DNA of 64,000 nt from Candidatus Poseidoniales archaeon. GTDB lineage: Archaea; Thermoplasmatota; Poseidoniia; Poseidoniales; Poseidoniaceae. The stretch lies in NCBI GenBank assembly GCA_038150305.1, contig JAYOTG010000008.1, positions 8,380 through 72,379 of the forward strand, given 5' to 3'. Position numbers and translations under genes: made by a program. Below the pieces are notes generated by a model, which was not told the DNA's origin, did not search any database, and worked only from the letters and a program-made list of their open reading frames with translations. The first letter of the stretch is position 1; each line of letters begins with the position of its first letter. Positions 35,114 through 43,551 of this stretch are shown here, in pieces.

Positions 35114-37096
35114 TCATTCTTCCTCGTGGGAAGAAGCGCGCAGACGGGCCACGGTGATGTCGAGCTCCGGGAGGTTGATCTGACCGTCTCCGTCGATGTC
35201 GATGGCCGAAATCAGACGTCCCATGTCCCATGGTGGCAGGTTGGCGATCTTGGCCCCACGGAGGGCATTCTGAAGCTCGCGGGCGTCGATAGAGCCGCTG
35301 TCGTCCAGGTCAATGGAACGGAAGAAGGAGAACACGTCCTGCTTGGTTTCATCGAGGTAATCCGCCAGCATCTGGAGCTCCTCGGGGACCGCGTCCGCGT
35401 CCTCTGGGAATTCCGTGACCTCGTCGTTGTGAAGGTCAGCACGGACGGGGATGACCGTCGGGCCTGTCGCGGCCTTTCCGTCGCCGCCAATGATCAACTC
35501 GGTGTCGAGCCCAACGCCTCGGCCGAGGAGGGAACGGATGCTCGTGTTGCCTCCGGAGAGGGCGTAGGAGCGGATGTCGCTGCCGACCGAGGTGCTGGCC
35601 GAAGCAGGGGAGAAGCCGATGCGAACGCTGACCGAAGCCGCGACCATGAATCCGAGGGCGACGCCGTAGAACAGGAAGGCGCCCACGAGGTCGAAGCCCG
35701 CCATGTTGGCCAATGCGGCCTCGACCATGTCCTCGTCGGAAACACCGCGCTCAACCGCGCGGGTGGCGAGGGTGGATAACGCGGTGGACACCGTCGCGAG
35801 GAAGCCGCCCAAAGCGACCATCCAGACGGCGGTGGACGCACCGCCGGTGTCGGCCGCAGCACGGCCGTTGGCCTGGGGAAGGTAGCCGAGGGTGGCGGAA
35901 AGGGCCAGCAGGCCACCGACGGTGAAGAAGAGACCGTGGGTGAGGGCCATGTTCAGGCCGTGGAGGCTTGCTTCACCGACGAGGGTTTCCATGCCAGAGA
36001 AGTAAGCGCCGACCGCGTAAATGGGCAGCAGGAACATCGCCAGCACGCCCGCCAGGCCGGCAGGGCTGGAGAAGGCCTGAGACGCGCCGGAGCGGGCGGT
36101 CTGGAGCAGATTGACCGAGGCCGCGAGCAGCGGAAGCATGCTGAAAGTCATCAGAATACCACCGAGGTTTTCCAGCAGGACGGGGGCGTCAACCTGACGC
36201 ACCGAGACCGCAGGCACGGTGAGGAAGAGCAGGGCGAGGGAAGCCGTGGCGAGGGAGGAAGACCAGATGGCTCGCTCCGAGGCCGCGGGAATCACCGCGT
36301 AGGCGGTGCCGAGCATGAGCGCGAGCGGCAGCCAGCCTTCGAGGGCCGCTTGGGCCAACCACACGGTCTGGGTCCCGCTTCCGAGTTCACCACCGATGTA
36401 CAGGAGCGGCGCGACCAGCATGACCACGAGCGCGTTGAGAAGGAACCAGCTCGTGTAGGCGATGGGCGCGTCGCCACGGTTGGCGAGGGTGATGAGGACG
36501 TTGACGAGGAGGGCACCGCCCACCACGCTGTGGAGGACCACGGAGGAGACGACCTTGCTAAGCAGGTCTTCCGTGGCCGCGTCCATGCCGAACAGGCCCG
36601 CCAAGGTCGGCAATAGGAGCACGAGCAGGGAGACGCCGGTGAAGACGAGCGCCATCATCGAGGCACTGGCCTCGCTGCTGAGGCGGCCGCCGGACGTGCG
36701 GGCGGTGGCGGTCAGGGTGGTGCCGATGAAGACCATCACCAGCCCGGTGCGCAGGGTCATGCTGATCGTCGTCGCCAACCCGCTGCCGTCGTCGTAGGAC
36801 CAACCGAGGCTGGCCAGGGAGTCAAGGGCGGTGGCGTCCCAGTCGTGCCAGCGGCCCACGAAACCGAGGGTGCCCGCGAGGACCAGCCACGCGAGACCGA
36901 AACGGGCCCACGTGCGGCCACCGCGGCCGGCGCTGTCGTCAAAGAGATCGACCGCTCCAGCCGGGGCCTTGACGAGCAAGAAACGACCGAGGGTCTGCAG
37001 GGGCTGACTCATGCCGCCGACACCGTTCTGAACGTAGTACGCGATGAGAAGAAGAGCGCCGACCATCACGCCGACGGAAATGAACACGGGTTCCAT
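35114..37096 (-). CDS. Polytopic membrane protein (CcoN/heme-copper oxidase subunit I-like, degenerate) with C-terminal EF-hand pair
   Basis: About 12-13 TM helices; EF loops DLDDSGSIDARE and DIDGDGQINLPE; SD AGGAGGTG upstream. The fold call is by-eye inference. Confidence 0.7.
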   Translation of the reverse strand: MEPVFISVGVMVGALLLIAYYVQNGVGGMSQPLQTLGRFLLVKAPAGAVDLFDDSAGRGGRTWARFGLAWLVLAGTLGFVGRWHDWDATALDSLASLGWSYDDGSGLATTISMTLRTGLVMVFIGTTLTATARTSGGRLSSEASASMMALVFTGVSLLVLLLPTLAGLFGMDAATEDLLSKVVSSVVLHSVVGGALLVNVLITLANRGDAPIAYTSWFLLNALVVMLVAPLLYIGGELGSGTQTVWLAQAALEGWLPLALMLGTAYAVIPAASERAIWSSSLATASLALLFLTVPAVSVRQVDAPVLLENLGGILMTFSMLPLLAASVNLLQTARSGASQAFSSPAGLAGVLAMFLLPIYAVGAYFSGMETLVGEASLHGLNMALTHGLFFTVGGLLALSATLGYLPQANGRAAADTGGASTAVWMVALGGFLATVSTALSTLATRAVERGVSDEDMVEAALANMAGFDLVGAFLFYGVALGFMVAASVSVRIGFSPASASTSVGSDIRSYALSGGNTSIRSLLGRGVGLDTELIIGGDGKAATGPTVIPVRADLHNDEVTEFPEDADAVPEELQMLADYLDETKQDVFSFFRSIDLDDSGSIDARELQNALRGAKIANLPPWDMGRLISAIDIDGDGQINLPELDITVARLRASSHEEE

Positions 37097-37102
37097 GCAT
37101 CA

Positions 37103-37110
37103 CACCTCCT
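37103..37110 (-). promoter_or_regulatory. Shine-Dalgarno site AGGAGGTG
   Basis: Minus strand reads TGA-AGGAGGTG-TGATGC-ATG between the 37111 stop and the 37096 start. Confidence 0.75.
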
Positions 37111-37440
37111 TCACTCGGACAGCACCTCGCCGATGACGGTGGACACGATGGCGGTCGCGCCCACGATGAGGCCGATGAGGTAGTACCAGATGCCGCTGCC
37201 ACCGAGGTTTCCGAGCAGGGGCACGAGGTCACCGAGGACGGGAACGCTGTCCCAGCCGAAGACGTTGCTGAACAGGGCGAAGAGTCCGAGAAGGCCCACG
37301 CCGAGGAGGACGAGGACCATGCGGCTTGATTCTGGTTCGGCGTCGCCGACCGTGGATTCGTGGATGATGTCTGTTGATGCCAAAGGGACCACCACATGGA
37401 GCCCCAATGGGGCGTTTTGACCCACCTGAGGCACGGACAT
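37111..37440 (-). CDS. Small 2-TM membrane protein
   Basis: Two hydrophobic helices; stop is followed directly by the SD of the next gene; start uncertain. Confidence 0.65.
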   Translation of the reverse strand: MSVPQVGQNAPLGLHVVVPLASTDIIHESTVGDAEPESSRMVLVLLGVGLLGLFALFSNVFGWDSVPVLGDLVPLLGNLGGSGIWYYLIGLIVGATAIVSTVIGEVLSE

Positions 37441-37480
37441 AAAGATTCACCACCGTGGGTGATGAAACCGCGCGACCGCG

Positions 37481-38641
37481 TCAAGGCGCCCTGAGCCGTT
37501 CAGCGGCAGGTGCGCGACGCGAGGGGGCGAGGCCAAGCGGTGCCGGAAGGGCGCGCTCGAGGGCCAAATCTTCCGCCCACCGAGATTCACAAGCGCAGTC
37601 CAGGCCGTCAAACTCCTGCAGGTCGCCCGAGACCGCATAGCGCTCGATGGCGGCCACCACGTCAGCGTCGCATGAGCCGCAGTTGTGGGAACCGCGAACG
37701 CGACCTCCCGCGGTCGGGTGAACGATGAGGCGGCTCACCTGGTCGTCGTCGCCGTTGACGCCCCCTTCAGGGTGAACGAGGGGGTGGGCACGTCGAATCA
37801 TCTCCACCAAGGACCACAGCCACGGCGGACGGTACTGGCGTGCGCGATGCAGACGATCGATGACCGTCCCGCCTTGGATGTTCATCGGGTTGATGGAAAT
37901 CTCATCCGCATCCTCAGCGATGGCGGCGATCCAATCCACGATGTGGTCCAACGCATCAGCTTCGCTCATGAAGGGCGGCTTGAACATCAGGTAAGCCTTG
38001 ACGCGCACACTGGCTTGCTTGAGGTTGGCCACCGCGCGGTCGTAGGATCTGACGCTGAAGCCCTTGTTGACGTGAAAGCGCAACACTTCGTCGTCATAGG
38101 CTTCGAGTCCGATGGCCACGGTGAAGTCAGCGTTGACGCTCGTGGCCCAGGCGAGCTTCTCTTCCGTCAGTTGCTCAGTGCGGCTTTCGACGATGAGGTG
38201 AAGCCCGCGTTCTGCACACTCACGCAGCACCCGCTCCTGGAAGCCAACGGGGATTTCTCGGTCTTCAAGCAAAGATCCTGAGGTGTAGACCTTGACCATC
38301 TGCACGTCGGCGAAACCGTTCAACTTCGCCGCAGACCAGTCCCATTGCGCATGGAGATCCTCCTCCGTCACGTCATCGCGTGTGTCGTTGAAGTAGCCAC
38401 AAAAGGTGCACCCGCTGGACCACCACCAATGGCACCCTTTTGTGCGAAGGATGACCGTCGCCGCCGAGCAGGGCGTGCCGTCGGGCAGCATCTCTGGCGT
38501 GGTGTAGACCGTTGCCGGTCGAGCGGCGTCCCAACTCGCTTGACGGCGGCGGGATTCAGGCGTGTTGGCCGGCGCTTTGACCAAGTCGTGGACCCGCTGG
38601 GCCTTCCCGCCCTGCCCGACCAAGGTCAAACGTGTCCCCAT
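37481..38641 (-). CDS. raSEA: Archaeosine biosynthesis radical SAM protein RaSEA
   Basis: TVILRTKGCHWWWSSGCTFCGY (CX6CX2C), YTSGS, VESR, AIGLE, FKPPF, YRPPWLWS, HNCGSCD. Confidence 0.9.
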   Translation of the reverse strand: MGTRLTLVGQGGKAQRVHDLVKAPANTPESRRRQASWDAARPATVYTTPEMLPDGTPCSAATVILRTKGCHWWWSSGCTFCGYFNDTRDDVTEEDLHAQWDWSAAKLNGFADVQMVKVYTSGSLLEDREIPVGFQERVLRECAERGLHLIVESRTEQLTEEKLAWATSVNADFTVAIGLEAYDDEVLRFHVNKGFSVRSYDRAVANLKQASVRVKAYLMFKPPFMSEADALDHIVDWIAAIAEDADEISINPMNIQGGTVIDRLHRARQYRPPWLWSLVEMIRRAHPLVHPEGGVNGDDDQVSRLIVHPTAGGRVRGSHNCGSCDADVVAAIERYAVSGDLQEFDGLDCACESRWAEDLALERALPAPLGLAPSRRAPAAERLRAP

Positions 38642-38673
38642 GTGCCTCAACCCCGGCTCAGGTGAGCCTTGTT

Positions 38674-39753
38674 TCAACCTGCCGTGACCCGCAGGCCGTC
38701 CGCCCACGCCAGAAGGCGTTGCTCGTAGATGGGCGTGTGTGTGAGCATGAGCGTGACGTGGCCTTCGACCACAAGACCGTCGTCGGTGCTGTTGAAGGTG
38801 AGCTGGCTGGACTCAAACCAGCAGGTCACCTGTGACGGATTTTCGGCCGCCTCGGTGGCGGCTTCGCAGAGCGATTCGCCGTGGTGGATGCGGATGCGCA
38901 TGTCGTCTTCGCCGTGGACGATGGTCATGCTGCGGTTGCCGATGTTGCGGGCGCCATCAATGGGGTTGTGCGCCACCAAATCTTCGCCAGAACTGACACG
39001 CCCCGCGAAAATGCCGGCGTCCTTCAGGAAGGTCGGATACCCTCTGAAGGCCAACTCCTCCACAATGATGTCCCCCATGTTGGAGAAGGGTGAGTCGAGG
39101 AAGACGCTGGCCATGCGCTCTTCTTGGGCGAAGGCGATGCCAACGGTGCCCGCACCCATCGAGGCGCCCATCACACCGATGCGTTCTGCGGGCACGCCTT
39201 TCTCGTCCTGAATCCATTGCCACACGGCGACCACGTCGCGCCATTCCTTCTGACCGGCCGAGACTTGACCGTCTTCGAGCGTGCTTTCCCAGTGGTCGCG
39301 CATGTCCATCATGACCACATTGTACCCTGCCTCAGCCAACATGCCTCCCGGAAGAAGCACCTCGTGGTTGGCCTTGCAGGAGCGGATGCCGTGCACCAGC
39401 AGCACCCACGGTTCGGTGGGGTCTTGCTCGACAACCCACATGCTGAGCTCAATCGCTTCGTCCTCCATCTGAACCGTCGCGTTGGACCACACCGGCATGC
39501 TCCACGAGGCCAAACCTTCCGGCGCCTCGGCGGTGAGGTTGCTCGTGAGGTTGCTGGGTGCAGCATCGATCATGTCCGTGCCCCAAAGGTGCGGTGTGAA
39601 GGAGGCCGGCGTGTTGAAGGGGGCATGGTCTTGGCAGGTGGGTTCAGCCAAGGTCGCACCGCTGTACACGATCATGCCGGCTTGGAAATAGCCGTACGGC
39701 ATCAGGAACAGCAGCAGGGCCACCACCGCAGGAAGGGTCCGCTTCACGCTCAT
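38674..39753 (-). CDS. Membrane-anchored/secreted alpha/beta hydrolase
   Basis: N-terminal TM, LVHG, GASMG nucleophile elbow, VHGEDD, EGH; ATGA overlap with the upstream gene. Confidence 0.88.
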   Translation of the reverse strand: MSVKRTLPAVVALLLFLMPYGYFQAGMIVYSGATLAEPTCQDHAPFNTPASFTPHLWGTDMIDAAPSNLTSNLTAEAPEGLASWSMPVWSNATVQMEDEAIELSMWVVEQDPTEPWVLLVHGIRSCKANHEVLLPGGMLAEAGYNVVMMDMRDHWESTLEDGQVSAGQKEWRDVVAVWQWIQDEKGVPAERIGVMGASMGAGTVGIAFAQEERMASVFLDSPFSNMGDIIVEELAFRGYPTFLKDAGIFAGRVSSGEDLVAHNPIDGARNIGNRSMTIVHGEDDMRIRIHHGESLCEAATEAAENPSQVTCWFESSQLTFNSTDDGLVVEGHVTLMLTHTPIYEQRLLAWADGLRVTAG

Positions 39754-40556
39754 TCCTCCGCGTCCCACAAGGGATGGAACACGACGGTGGTCCCGGCGTG
39801 GACCTCTTGACCGTTGGCCCCATTCTCGCCCTGCAACAGCGTGATTTCGGGGCTCCACTCGGCAACCGGCACGCGAAGTTCGAGCAGAGGCGTGGTCGAC
39901 ATGAAAGCCAAGCGTTGCCCACGTCGAACCGTCTCTCCGGGTGAAGACAGAGGCGTCAGCGCGAACCTCGGTCGAACGAGGTGAGCCACCACCTCAACCC
40001 GTCGCTCAGCGGATTCAATGACCCAGCGCAGACGTTCCGACCAACCGTCCGCCGCACGGCGGTGTTCCCCGGCCACGACCGCCCCGGCCATGGGGGCGCG
40101 GTGCACTTGGAGGTCGAGAGCCCCGACGGCGAGGCGCAGGCACCAGACGTCGTCGTCGCGTTCGACGTCCACCTCGGCAAAGCGCTGCTCGGTCTCGAAG
40201 GGAGTCGAGCACGCGCCTTCGGTCCACGGTCCGCCACCAAGGTCTTCGAGAACCTCATCGCTTGAGGTGGCCGGACCCGGGCGACGGTGCGTGGCCCGTT
40301 CGCGCCGGAGGTGAACGATGCGCCCGTCGATGGGCGCCACCAGAAGGCCAGCATCTTGGGGGATCTTCCGTGGGGGATCGCGGAAGCGCAGCAGCAGCCA
40401 GGATGCAGCACACAGCAGCAGCACGCCGAGCAGCGGACCAAGCCCAAACAGCGGGTCAACGAAGGCCGAAATCAGCAGCACGATGCTGCCTGAGACGATT
40501 GGTGTGACCACCATCGCCGAGGAACCCTCGGCGAGCCAGGCCATTCGCGTGGTCAC
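39750..40556 (-). CDS. Phosphatidylserine decarboxylase-like protein, probably inactive
   Basis: Two TM, FRDPPR, VAPIDGRI, VHRAPMAG, GETVRRGQR; no (F)GS cleavage motif; GTGA overlap with the upstream stop. Confidence 0.75.
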   Translation of the reverse strand: MTTRMAWLAEGSSAMVVTPIVSGSIVLLISAFVDPLFGLGPLLGVLLLCAASWLLLRFRDPPRKIPQDAGLLVAPIDGRIVHLRRERATHRRPGPATSSDEVLEDLGGGPWTEGACSTPFETEQRFAEVDVERDDDVWCLRLAVGALDLQVHRAPMAGAVVAGEHRRAADGWSERLRWVIESAERRVEVVAHLVRPRFALTPLSSPGETVRRGQRLAFMSTTPLLELRVPVAEWSPEITLLQGENGANGQEVHAGTTVVFHPLWDAEE

Positions 40557-41419
40557 GCTCCGTCCCAGGGATCCTCGCCGTCGTCCCACGTCGCGGTTTC
40601 CTCAGCGGGGGCCTCTTCGGCTTCGGGCTCAGCCTCGGCCTCAGGTGCCTCTTCGCTGGACGCGTCGTCGCTTGAGCCACGGGCGCGGACCTCAACCTCG
40701 TCGTCATCGGTCCCAAATTCACCGTCCGGGCCAGCCGAAATGGCGACTTCGACCACGCCAACAGGCACGACGATTTCGTCGCCAGAGCTCGTCGACGAGG
40801 CCTCTTCGGCGATGGCGCCTTCGGCCTCTTCGATGGTCATCTCGGCCGCGCGGGCTTCGACCATCGAGTCCATGCGCTCGACGAAGGCATCGGCCTTCTG
40901 CTGAGCGGCACGCTCGGCTTCCACGGCTTGCTCGATCATCTCGTAGCGCTCTTGGATGGCCTTGTTGAGGTCCTCGAAGAGGGACATGTGCGCGACGTAC
41001 CAGCCGTCACGCGCCTTCATCTCGGTCACGGCGAGCTTCAGGTCGTTGTCGAGCTCTTCCGCGATGGCGAAGACCTTGCCGAGGCGGTCCTTCTCACGGG
41101 TGTACTTTTCTTCCATCTTCTCGAGTTCGGGTTCGAGGTGCTCGACCCGCTTGGCCGACTTGGTGGAGGACATTTCGAGGTCGCGGATCTTGAGGTCCTT
41201 CTCCATCAGGAGGTTGTCCATGGCCTCTTTTTCGATCTCACGGTCGACGATTTCCTTCTCCAGGACTTCGATTTCTGCTTTGGCGTCAACCAGCTCCTTC
41301 TCTTGCTGCTCGTAGGCGGCATAGAGCTTGCGCAGTCGGTCGGTTTCGGTCTCAAGGGCCTGTTCAAGCTCGCGGATGCGGACCTCGTCGGTCACCGTGC
41401 CTTCGTCGCTCATGCTCAT
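40553..41419 (-). CDS. Acidic coiled-coil protein
   Basis: About 200 aa of E/K/L heptads plus an acidic tail ending WDDGEDPWDGA. Confidence 0.85.
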   Translation of the reverse strand: MSMSDEGTVTDEVRIRELEQALETETDRLRKLYAAYEQQEKELVDAKAEIEVLEKEIVDREIEKEAMDNLLMEKDLKIRDLEMSSTKSAKRVEHLEPELEKMEEKYTREKDRLGKVFAIAEELDNDLKLAVTEMKARDGWYVAHMSLFEDLNKAIQERYEMIEQAVEAERAAQQKADAFVERMDSMVEARAAEMTIEEAEGAIAEEASSTSSGDEIVVPVGVVEVAISAGPDGEFGTDDDEVEVRARGSSDDASSEEAPEAEAEPEAEEAPAEETATWDDGEDPWDGA

Positions 41420-41587
41420 CGACCCGAGCCTATGCTCACCTGTTCGACCGTCCTCCACCCTATGAAGACGACGCCTCAGGTGCGTCGCTTGAGGCGAATG
41501 GAGCGTGGTGCGTTCCTCCACCGAATCTCACCCGTGGTACCATTCGCGTAACTTGCCATTTATCGTGGGCGAGACATACCTCGTCTC

Positions 41588-41908
41588 ATGGACCAAGAGG
41601 CGGTGTGTGACCCGGCCTACGGCCGCATGGACGATTTATTGGAGGTCTTGACGCGCTCCAAAGCCATGCACATCATGCTCGTGCTGGACCAACAGGGCCG
41701 CGCCATGCGCTTCACCGACCTCAAGCGTATCGTGGACAGCACCTCCACCACGGTCTCGCGTCGCCTGAAGGAGCTCAAAGACCACGGACTCATTCACCAA
41801 ATAGACGGGGGGGACGGCTCGGGTTCCTATGCCTTGAGCGAGGACGCGAAGTCGCTCAGCCCGATCTTTCACGACCTGTTCAACTGGGTCGCTGCGCGTG
41901 CTCACTGA
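41588..41908 (+). CDS. HxlR-family winged-helix transcriptional regulator
   Basis: MRFTDLKR..STTVSRRLKELKDHGLI..YALSE; TTTAT 29 nt upstream. Confidence 0.9.
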   Translation: MDQEAVCDPAYGRMDDLLEVLTRSKAMHIMLVLDQQGRAMRFTDLKRIVDSTSTTVSRRLKELKDHGLIHQIDGGDGSGSYALSEDAKSLSPIFHDLFNWVAARAH

Positions 41909-42852
41909 AGCCCGTTCATGATGGCCACAAGCTTCGCGGCGATGGGCGGCTCGGTCATCGAATGCCCGGCATCGCCGATGATGTGCAGGCGACTGTGCGG
42001 CGCGGCGGTATGCAAATCCCACGCGCTTCGGGCCGGACACACGACGTCGTAGCGCCCCTGCACGATGTCGATGGGGATGTCCGACAACCGGTCCACGTGG
42101 TCCAGGATGAAGTTGTGCGGCATGAACACGCCATTCGTGAAGTAATGGCATTCGATGCGCGCGAAGGCCACGGCAAACTGCAGGTCGTCGGCCTTCAGTT
42201 CCGCACTCGCCTTGGGAATGAGGTAACTGGTCGCCATTTCCCAGCGGGTCCACTCCCTCGCTGCGGCGTGCCGCACCGCCTCGTCCTCGGAGGTCAGCCG
42301 GGCGTGGTAGGCGCGCATCAAGTCGCCTCGCTCGGCTTCTGGGATGTGGTTGCGGTAGCCTTCGAACGCATCGGGGAAAATGTGGCTCGCGCCCTCCTGG
42401 TAGAACCACGCGAACTCGCTGTCGCGGCACAGGAAAATGCCGCGCAGCACGAGGTGCTGGACGCGCTCGGGATGGTGCTGCGCGTAGATGAGGGACAGCG
42501 ACGAGCCCCACGAGCCGCCGAACACCACCCACGCCTCGATGCCGAGGTGTGCGCGGAGCCGCTCGATGTCGGAGACCGACGCCATGGTCGTGTTGTCCTC
42601 GAGCTCCGCCCACGGCGTCGAGCGGCCGCAGCCGCGCTGATCGAACTGGACGATGCGCCAGTGGTTCGGATCGAAGTAGCGGCGGTAATCGGGTTGGCTG
42701 CCGCCGCCTGGGCCGCCATGGATGACGAGCACCGGCGCCCCCTCGGGGTTTCCGGAGACTTCCCACGCCACGGTGTGCAGGTCGGTGACCTCCAGCATGC
42801 CTTCGTCATAGGGTTCGATGGTGGGGTACAGCACGTCGTCGAGGTCGGCCAT
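41902..42852 (-). CDS. pip: Proline iminopeptidase
   Basis: HGGPGGG, FDQRGCGRS, FGGSWGS, VQGRYD, DAGHS. Confidence 0.96.
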   Translation of the reverse strand: MADLDDVLYPTIEPYDEGMLEVTDLHTVAWEVSGNPEGAPVLVIHGGPGGGSQPDYRRYFDPNHWRIVQFDQRGCGRSTPWAELEDNTTMASVSDIERLRAHLGIEAWVVFGGSWGSSLSLIYAQHHPERVQHLVLRGIFLCRDSEFAWFYQEGASHIFPDAFEGYRNHIPEAERGDLMRAYHARLTSEDEAVRHAAAREWTRWEMATSYLIPKASAELKADDLQFAVAFARIECHYFTNGVFMPHNFILDHVDRLSDIPIDIVQGRYDVVCPARSAWDLHTAAPHSRLHIIGDAGHSMTEPPIAAKLVAIMNGLQ

Positions 42853-42906
42853 GCCCCGGCAAACCGTCGGGAGCGTGATGGTGTTTTGCACCACCAAGAT
42901 GATGCG

Positions 42907-43551
42907 ATGCAGCCCGAAGCCACGCGCATGACGGACGTGCGACCCGCGGTGGACGTGTTCAGCGACTGGGCCGAAGAAGGCCGCGACGAAGGGATGGAGC
43001 GAGGGCACGCACCTGCCGTTGGCGAAATGCTTGCCTTTGGCCTGACCCGCACCGCGGAACTGGGTCGGAGCTTCAGGGCCATCGACGTGGGCTGCGGCAA
43101 CGGTTGGGTCGTCCGTCAACTCGCCGCGATGCCCTTCTGCTCGCATGCCGAAGGGGTGGACGGTGCGCCTGCGATGATCGAGAAGGCCAAGCGCATTGAC
43201 CCTGAAGGGCACTACCACCACGCCATGCTTCCCGATTGGGCGCCCGAAGGGCGCTTCGATCTGCTCGTGTCCATGGAGGTGCTGTACTACCTCCACGACC
43301 CCGCGGCGATGCTCGCCACCTTCCGTGCATCCTGGCTCCAGCCCGGTGGCTGGGCCGTGGTTGGCGTGGACCATTACGCCGAACACGAGGACAGCCTCGA
43401 TTGGCCGGAGAAGGTGGGCGTCCACATGACGACCCTGTCTGAAGCACAGTGGCTCGAAGCTTGGGCCGCGGCAGGTTTCGAAGACGTGGAGACCTGGCGC
43501 GCGGCCGGCGACCCGGGCACGCTGGTCATCGCCGGGCGATGCCCGTCATAG
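42907..43551 (+). CDS. Class I SAM-dependent methyltransferase
   Basis: IDVGCGNGW, GVDGA, FDLLVSMEVLYY, LQPGG; start 42907 or 42928. Confidence 0.9.
   Translation: MQPEATRMTDVRPAVDVFSDWAEEGRDEGMERGHAPAVGEMLAFGLTRTAELGRSFRAIDVGCGNGWVVRQLAAMPFCSHAEGVDGAPAMIEKAKRIDPEGHYHHAMLPDWAPEGRFDLLVSMEVLYYLHDPAAMLATFRASWLQPGGWAVVGVDHYAEHEDSLDWPEKVGVHMTTLSEAQWLEAWAAAGFEDVETWRAAGDPGTLVIAGRCPS

Noticed and set aside
35114..35116. Selenocysteine recoding of the in-frame TGA
   Set aside because: The position is an inter-domain junction with no Cys-equivalent context, and no SECIS or sel genes were seen; a CTG start is simpler.
41902..43551. Two fully overlapping ~500-aa ORFs on opposite strands
   Set aside because: Resolved as divergent pip (to 42852) and methyltransferase (from ~42907); the extensions are mutual shadows.
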